From NCBI GenBank assembly GCA_965206445.1, contig CBDBJR010000001.1, positions 146,135 through 210,134 of the forward strand: 64,000 nt of DNA, given 5' to 3'. The notes beneath the pieces are model-generated. The model was not told the DNA's origin, ran no database searches, and saw nothing but the letters and a program-made list of their open reading frames with translations. Below, one piece after another: positions 58,499-64,000 of this stretch (within the stretch, counting starts at the first letter, position 1; each line of letters begins with the position of its first letter). The DNA comes from Candidatus Poriferihabitaceae bacterium (lineage in GTDB: Bacteria > Pseudomonadota > Gammaproteobacteria > Arenicellales > Poriferihabitantaceae). Made by a program: the position numbers and the translations under genes.

Positions 58499-59247
58499 TG
58501 AATTACCTTCGCTTCGTTTCTCAGTTTATCGACCAACTCCTGCGCATTGGCCACCATGACCCCGGCGGCCCGCTCGGGCGGCGCCACCACCTGCACCACC
58601 TCCAGCCGATTTTTGACCTCAACCCCAAGCTCGGCCGGGCTCACTACGTCGATCGGCTTTTTCTTCGCCTTCATAATATTCGGCAATGACGCATAGCGCG
58701 GCTCATTCAGGCGCAAGTCCACCGTCACCACCGCCGGCCCCGTCATCGTCAGCCGCTCGAGCCCGGAATCGATCTCCCGGATGATCGAGAACCCGTCATC
58801 AGTGCGTTCGATTTTGGAAATGTAGCTGCCCAGCGGGCGCCCCAATAGCGCCGCCAGCATCTGCCCGGTTTGATTGTTGTCATCATCGATCGACTGTTTG
58901 CCGAGAATCACCAACTCGGCGCCCTCCTTTTCGGTTACCGCCTTGAGCAGCTGTGCAACCAGCAGCGGCTCGAGCCGCGCGTCGGTGTCGACGTGTACCC
59001 CCCGGTCGGCGCCCATCGCCAGCCCGGTACGAATGGTTTCCTGCGCCTTGGCGGCGCCCACAGAAACCAGAATCACCTCTTCGGCGTGGCCGGCTTCTTT
59101 TAGCCGCAACGCCTCCTCGACCGCGATTTCACAAAACGGATTCATCGCCATCTTGACGTTCGTCAACTCAACCCCGGACTGATCCGCTTTGACCCGGACC
59201 CGAACATTGGCGTCAATTACCCGTTTTACTGGAACCAATATCTTCAT
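58495..59247 (-). CDS. etfB: Electron transfer flavoprotein beta subunit
   Basis: [17 protein letters not shown]. 250 aa. 4-nt overlap with etfA. Confidence 0.9.
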   Translation of the reverse strand: MKILVPVKRVIDANVRVRVKADQSGVELTNVKMAMNPFCEIAVEEALRLKEAGHAEEVILVSVGAAKAQETIRTGLAMGADRGVHVDTDARLEPLLVAQLLKAVTEKEGAELVILGKQSIDDDNNQTGQMLAALLGRPLGSYISKIERTDDGFSIIREIDSGLERLTMTGPAVVTVDLRLNEPRYASLPNIMKAKKKPIDVVSPAELGVEVKNRLEVVQVVAPPERAAGVMVANAQELVDKLRNEAKVIQ

Positions 59248-59473
59248 TGGCAGGCTGTCCTCTCAACACATGATTGCACTGTCTTCAACCGGCCGCAAAA
59301 CGCACTCGGCGGCCCCGTCCAAAACCTCGAAAGCGCATTCTACCTGAGTAACCGCCAAAGTAGAACGCATAAAACATCCCGATTTTGACCTGTCGGCGGC
59401 GACGGTGGGCGACCCACTGTGCCCGGGTTGCCGACGCCGACGCAGCGACTGAAACTACCCCGTGCGGGTGCGC

Positions 59474-61984
59474 CTACCCGGCCTGTACGCTGTTATCGGG
59501 GTCGTATGGCGACTCTTTTATCACCGTAGCCGGGTGGTGGCGACCGAGTATGTTGACCTCCAGGCGGGTGCCCACCGCGGCCAGGTCGGCCCGCACCAGG
59601 CCGAGCGCCAGGGATTTTTCGACCCGAAAACCGTAGCCGCCGGACGTGACCCGGCCAACCAGTGCATCGCCCTGGTAGATCGCCTCCGAACCGCGCGCAT
59701 CGGCATCGGTCACTGCATCAACTGCCAGCGTGACAAACGCATTGTTGAACCCGCGCGCGCGCCAATCGAGCAGCGCCTGCCGGCCGACGAAATCGACCTC
59801 CTTGTCCAGGCGCACAAAGCGGTCGAGGCCGGACTCCAGGGCGGCGTATTCGATCGACATCTCCCGCGGGATCAGCCGGTAGGATTTTTCCAGCCGCAGC
59901 GCATCCATTGCGCGGATGCCAAACGGCTTGAGGTCAAATTCGGCGCCCGCCGCCATCAACTGATCGAAGATATAATTCTGCATCTCGATCGGGTGGTGCA
60001 GCTCAAACCCCAGCTCGCCGACGAAATTGACGCGCAGGGCGAGCGCCTGCGCTGCGGACACGTTGATAAAGCGACCGGTCAGCCATTTGAAGCTGTCGCT
60101 GGACAAATCGGTATCGGTCAGTTTTTGCAACAGCCGCCGGGCGTCGGGGCCGGCGATAACCAGTACGCCGTATTGGCTGGTAATCTGCTGTAGTTCGACC
60201 CGGCTGTCGCGCGGTCGGTGTTTATGCAGATAATCCCAATCGTGGCGCTCCATCGACCCGGCAGACACCAGATAGTAATCGTCCGGCCCGCGTTTGAAGA
60301 CCGTGAATTCGGAGCGCACGCCGCCGGTGCGTGTCAATACATGGCACAGCTTCAGCCGCCCGGCGGTGCGTGGAATGCGATTGCATACCAGCGATTCGAG
60401 ATAGTCCGCCGCCCCGGCGCCGCGCACCGTGAATTTGGCGAACGCCGACATATCCAGGATACCCACCTTGCGCATCACATGCCGGCATTCATCGCCGACA
60501 AACGGGAAATAATTGGAGCGGTGAAAGGAATACCTTTCCACCACCCGGCCATCCTCCAGCGGCGGCGAGGTATTGGTGTTCAGCAGCACCGCGCTGTCGT
60601 TGATCGCCTCCTCCGGCAGTCGATACCCTTGCGGCGCAAACCAGTTCGCCCGCTCCCAGCCGTAAATCTGCCCGAAGACCGCGCCCAGCCGCTTCAATCG
60701 GTCGTGGCACGGCGAGGTCTTTAACGGCCGTCCCGCGGGGCGCTCTTCATCCGGGAAATGCACGGTAAACACATTGCGATAGGCCTCCTCATTTTTTTGC
60801 CGCAGATAGCCCCGGGTCGCATACGGGCCGAAGCGCCGCGGGTCTACCCCCATCATATCGACGGTGGGCTCGCCCTCAACGATCCACTCCGCCAACTGCC
60901 AGCCGGCGCCGCCGGCGGCGGTAATGCCGAAGCTGTGGCCCTCATTGAGCCAAAAATTCTCCAGCCCCCAGGCCGGCCCCACGATCGGGTTGCCGTCGGG
61001 GGTATACGGAATGGCGCCGTTGTACACCTTTTTCACCCCGACTTCACCAAACGCCGGCACCCGCTCGATGCAGGCCTCGATATGCGGTGTGAGGCGCTCG
61101 AGTTCCTCCTGGAATAACTCGTTTTCGCACGCTTCCCCCGGCCCGTCCAGATAACAGCACGGCGCCCCGCGTTCATAGATGCCCAGGATCATCCCGCCGG
61201 CCTCTTCACGCAGATAATACCCGGCATCGGAGTCACGCAGGACGCCCTGCTCCGGCAATCCCTGTCGCTGCCGCTCGAGAATCTCGGGGTGGGGCTCGGT
61301 GACGATAAACTGGTGCTGCACCGGAATGACCGGCAGATCCAGCCCGACCATGCGGCCGGTTTGGCGGGCGAAGCTGCCGCTGCAAGCAATCACATGTTCA
61401 CATTCGATAGCGCCTTTGTCGGTCTGCACGCGCCAGCCGTCGGGCTGTTTTTCCAGGCCGGTTACACCGGTTTGCCGGCGGATTTCGGCGCCGCCGGCAC
61501 GCGCCCCTTTGATCAGCGCAGCGGTCAGGTCGCTGGGTTGGATATAGCCGTCTTCGGGGTGCTGGATCGCCCCCACCAATCCGTGCGTTGCACACATCGG
61601 CCAGGCCTGCTTGACCTGCTGCGGGGTCAAAAATCGCACCTCAACCCCGACCGTACTGCCAATGCCGGCATAGTATTTGTACTCATCCATGCGCTCCTGC
61701 GTGCACGCCAGGCGGATATTGCTGACCTGTTTGAGGCCGACCGACAGGCCGGTTTCCCGCTCCAGCTGCCGGTACAGGTTGACCGAATACTGATGCAGTT
61801 TGCCGACTGAATAGCTCATATTGAACAGCGGCAGCAGCCCGGCCGCATGCCAGGTCGAACCGGAGGTCAATTCCTTGCGTTCGAGCAGGACGACATCGGT
61901 CCAGCCTTTTTTGGTCAGATGATACGCTGTACTGGCGCCGACGACGCCGCCGCCGATCACGGCCGCCTTGAATCGAGATTTCAC
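59474..61984 (-). CDS. FAD-dependent dimethylglycine/sarcosine dehydrogenase-like oxidoreductase with C-terminal GcvT (aminomethyltransferase) domain
   Basis: The track ORF has a long extension. I place the start at GTG 61984 (VKSRFKAAVIGGGVVGASTAYHL, the dinucleotide-binding motif). The C-terminal half has folate-binding GcvT-like sequence. Sits next to etfBA. Confidence 0.75.
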   Translation of the reverse strand: MKSRFKAAVIGGGVVGASTAYHLTKKGWTDVVLLERKELTSGSTWHAAGLLPLFNMSYSVGKLHQYSVNLYRQLERETGLSVGLKQVSNIRLACTQERMDEYKYYAGIGSTVGVEVRFLTPQQVKQAWPMCATHGLVGAIQHPEDGYIQPSDLTAALIKGARAGGAEIRRQTGVTGLEKQPDGWRVQTDKGAIECEHVIACSGSFARQTGRMVGLDLPVIPVQHQFIVTEPHPEILERQRQGLPEQGVLRDSDAGYYLREEAGGMILGIYERGAPCCYLDGPGEACENELFQEELERLTPHIEACIERVPAFGEVGVKKVYNGAIPYTPDGNPIVGPAWGLENFWLNEGHSFGITAAGGAGWQLAEWIVEGEPTVDMMGVDPRRFGPYATRGYLRQKNEEAYRNVFTVHFPDEERPAGRPLKTSPCHDRLKRLGAVFGQIYGWERANWFAPQGYRLPEEAINDSAVLLNTNTSPPLEDGRVVERYSFHRSNYFPFVGDECRHVMRKVGILDMSAFAKFTVRGAGAADYLESLVCNRIPRTAGRLKLCHVLTRTGGVRSEFTVFKRGPDDYYLVSAGSMERHDWDYLHKHRPRDSRVELQQITSQYGVLVIAGPDARRLLQKLTDTDLSSDSFKWLTGRFINVSAAQALALRVNFVGELGFELHHPIEMQNYIFDQLMAAGAEFDLKPFGIRAMDALRLEKSYRLIPREMSIEYAALESGLDRFVRLDKEVDFVGRQALLDWRARGFNNAFVTLAVDAVTDADARGSEAIYQGDALVGRVTSGGYGFRVEKSLALGLVRADLAAVGTRLEVNILGRHHPATVIKESPYDPDNSVQAG

Positions 61985-62259
61985 AATGAATAATACGTCA
62001 GAGAGGTTGTTGGCTGTAAGGTCGCCGTTATACACCCATAGCCGGGCGCCCGGCAAGTGCCGATCACGGCCCGGCATCGTCCCGCCGGCCGGCCAGGCGC
62101 CGGTTTGCCGTTGTCGGCATCGCCCGACCGCGATCTGGCCCGCGCACGCTGATGGAAAAATATTTTTCCCTTTTTCGCCGCCCCCGGTCGGCTGGCTAAC
62201 GGATATTTACTGTCTCGGCACGGTGCGGGGAAAAATAATTATCTAAACTTAATTCCGTG

Positions 62260-62268
62260 TATGGATAA
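62260..62268. promoter_or_regulatory. DnaA-box-like 9-mer upstream of dnaA (1 mismatch)
   Basis: tatggataa versus TGTGGATAA (reverse complement of TTATCCACA). Confidence 0.4.
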
Positions 62269-62408
62269 GCAACCGAATTGATTTTAGACTAGCACCCTCA
62301 AATACCTCCGACCAGGCCGTCGCCATTGACCGCAACCGACTGTATTATGCTGTGCATTGCCGCCCTGAATCACCATTTCTTGCTACTCCAACCAATCGAG
62401 AGAATACT

Positions 62409-63800
62409 TTGACACACCCGCAGATATGGCGCGATTGTCTGGATCAATTGCGCACCACAATCCCCGTCGAAGAGCTGACCAGCTGGCTGATGCCGCTGCA
62501 TTCGGTGCAAGTTGACCGGACGCTCAAGCTGCTGGCGCCCAACCGCTATGTGCTGGAGCATATCAAAAACAATCTACAGCCCGAGATCGAGCAGGCGGTG
62601 TTCGGCCTGGATGCCAATATAAACCAGGTGCTGTTTGAAGTTGGCAGTTATACCACTGGGGCCACTGGGGCCACTGGGGCCACTGGGGCCACCGGAGCCA
62701 ACGGGGCCAATGGAACCAACGGGGCGGCCGGCACGAATGGCGCCGCACCGACGCCGCGGGCCGCGAAATCACACTACCTCAACGGCAGCCTGAACCGGGA
62801 CTATACCTTTACCAATCATGTCAAGGGGGTGTCCAATCAGCTCGCGCGGGCGGCCGCTCAACAGGTCGGCAAGAATACCGGCAAATCCTATAACCCGTTG
62901 TTTATCTACGGCGGTGTCGGTCTGGGGAAAACCCATTTGATGCAGGCGGCCGGCAATACTGCGTTGCAGCAGAACCCCGGGGCAAAGGTCGCCTATGTGC
63001 GCTCCGAGCGCTTCGTTAACGACATGGTTGAGGCGCTGAAAAAAGGCCAGATGGATAAATTCAAACGCCATTATCGCTCGCTGGATATGCTGCTGATTGA
63101 CGATATCCAGTTTCTCGCGCGTAAAACCATGTCGCAGGAAGAGTTTTTCAATACTTTCAATGCGTTGCTCGAGGGGCAAAAGCAGATCGTGATCACCAGC
63201 GACCGCATGCCCAAAGCCATTGCCCACGTCGAAGAGCGCTTGACCTCGCGCTTTGGCAGCGGTCTGACGGTGACAGTCGAGCCGCCGGAACTGGAAACCC
63301 GGGTCGCCATCCTGGAGAAAAAAGCCCAGGATCAAGGCTTGGTATTGTCCCGCGAGGTGGCATTTTTTGTCGCCAATCTGATTTACTCCAATGTACGTGA
63401 GCTCGAAGGCGCGCTGTGCCGCATCGTCGCCAGCTCGCGTTTGACCGGCAGAGTGGTAGATGTCGATCTGGCGCGCGAGGAATTGCGCGATTTGCTGGCT
63501 TTTCAGGAGAAAAGAATCAGCATCGATAACATCCAGCAAACCATCGCCGGATACTATAAAATCCGCGTCTCGGACCTGCTTGCCAAGGATCGCTCGCGGC
63601 GGGTCGCCCGTCCCCGGCAACTGGCAATGTTTTTCGCCAAAGCGTACACTAATCTCAGTCTGCCGCAGATTGGCGACTATTTTGGTGGTAAAGATCACAC
63701 TACCGTGCTGCATGCCTGCAAAAAGATTACCGAGTTGCTGCAAAGCGACCCCAATATGAAAAAAGACCACGATAATTTACAGCATCTGTTGATGGGCTGA
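62409..63800 (+). CDS. dnaA: Chromosomal replication initiator DnaA
   Basis: Walker A GGVGLGKTHL, box VII/sensor regions, C-terminal DNA-binding GGKDHTTVLHACKKI. The track start is GTG 62352. I prefer in-frame TTG 62409 ((M)THPQIWRDCLDQL), which matches the usual DnaA N-terminus and follows gagag. Confidence 0.9.
   Translation: MTHPQIWRDCLDQLRTTIPVEELTSWLMPLHSVQVDRTLKLLAPNRYVLEHIKNNLQPEIEQAVFGLDANINQVLFEVGSYTTGATGATGATGATGANGANGTNGAAGTNGAAPTPRAAKSHYLNGSLNRDYTFTNHVKGVSNQLARAAAQQVGKNTGKSYNPLFIYGGVGLGKTHLMQAAGNTALQQNPGAKVAYVRSERFVNDMVEALKKGQMDKFKRHYRSLDMLLIDDIQFLARKTMSQEEFFNTFNALLEGQKQIVITSDRMPKAIAHVEERLTSRFGSGLTVTVEPPELETRVAILEKKAQDQGLVLSREVAFFVANLIYSNVRELEGALCRIVASSRLTGRVVDVDLAREELRDLLAFQEKRISIDNIQQTIAGYYKIRVSDLLAKDRSRRVARPRQLAMFFAKAYTNLSLPQIGDYFGGKDHTTVLHACKKITELLQSDPNMKKDHDNLQHLLMG
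62655..62744. repeat. 9-bp tandem repeat in the DnaA domain II linker (4 perfect actggggcc copies and about 6 degenerate)
   Basis: Encodes TGATGATGATGATGANGANGTNGAAGTNGA. Confidence 0.9.
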
Positions 63801-63824
63801 TTGAGGTTTGAAAGCAGCGGCACC

Positions 63825-63833
63825 TGTGGATAA
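63825..63833. promoter_or_regulatory. Perfect DnaA box
   Basis: tgtggataa is the reverse complement of TTATCCACA. It lies 25 bp after the dnaA stop. Confidence 0.6.
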
Positions 63834-63937
63834 AACGGTACACAAGTATGGGAAAAGCGGGGCTTATCTGTGGGTACCACGGTGGATGATTTTTGACCAC
63901 AATACATACGCTCGGTGTACCGCGTTTTTGCACCGGA

Positions 63938-63946
63938 TTATCCACC
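63938..63946. promoter_or_regulatory. DnaA box (1 mismatch)
   Basis: ttatccacc versus TTATCCACA. Confidence 0.45.
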
Positions 63947-63991
63947 GGTAAAATCAACCTAACTAGTTGAAAAAAAAGGGTTTTATGATAC

Positions 63992-64000
63992 TTTTCCACA
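63992..64000. promoter_or_regulatory. DnaA box (1 mismatch) at the window edge
   Basis: ttttccaca versus TTATCCACA. Confidence 0.4.

Noticed and set aside
63864-63889. Additional DnaA-box-like strings (ttatctgtg, tgtgggtac, ggtggatga)
   Set aside because: They have two to four mismatches to the 9-mer consensus, so they are not distinguishable from chance.

Overview
This is a high-GC proteobacterial chromosome segment that ends at dnaA and a probable replication origin. No organism name can be supported from the sequence.

Core content, left to right:
- An aerobic benzoyl-CoA (box) operon: bclA, an alpha/beta hydrolase, DUF309, boxC, boxB, boxA and a thioesterase. A Liv-type ABC importer is transcribed divergently from it.
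- gshB, an acyl-CoA ligase with an enoyl-CoA hydratase, and an MFS transporter.
- clpS-clpA, an IscA/HesB-like gene, yggX, tatD and pilZ.
- A co-directional block encoding DUF482, a BON-domain protein, a small peptide and a YiiX-like protein.
- An M48/LysM protease, rmuC and surE-pcm-(yqaA-like)-nlpD.
- An ABC-2 exporter, lpxK-msbA, etfBA, a dimethylglycine-dehydrogenase-like gene and dnaA.

Three compositionally foreign inserts (judged by eye, not computed) carry nuclease genes:
1. 1 to about 10.88 kb. It holds an intact type I R-M system (hsdR-hsdM-hsdS; hsdS runs off the left edge). It also holds a translationally coupled PD-(D/E)xK nuclease plus 1088-aa Ski2-like helicase operon. That operon sits between decayed remnants of a second type I system and is bracketed by a 32-bp direct repeat. 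This is my best candidate for an undescribed, or divergent Hachiman-like, defence system.
2. About 23.6 to 26.3 kb, AT-rich. It holds a GmrSD-like DUF262/DUF1524 enzyme and a membrane-anchored NERD protein.
3. About 40.6 to 41.7 kb, AT-rich. It holds one HNH endonuclease with an unrecognised N-terminal domain.

I recognised no tRNA, rRNA, CRISPR array, transposase or integrase. Short tandem duplications of 9 to 33 bp recur at gene ends and linkers. Many long ORF-track entries antisense to recognisable genes are GC-driven shadow ORFs. Several track ORFs also carry spurious N-terminal extensions, which I trimmed.
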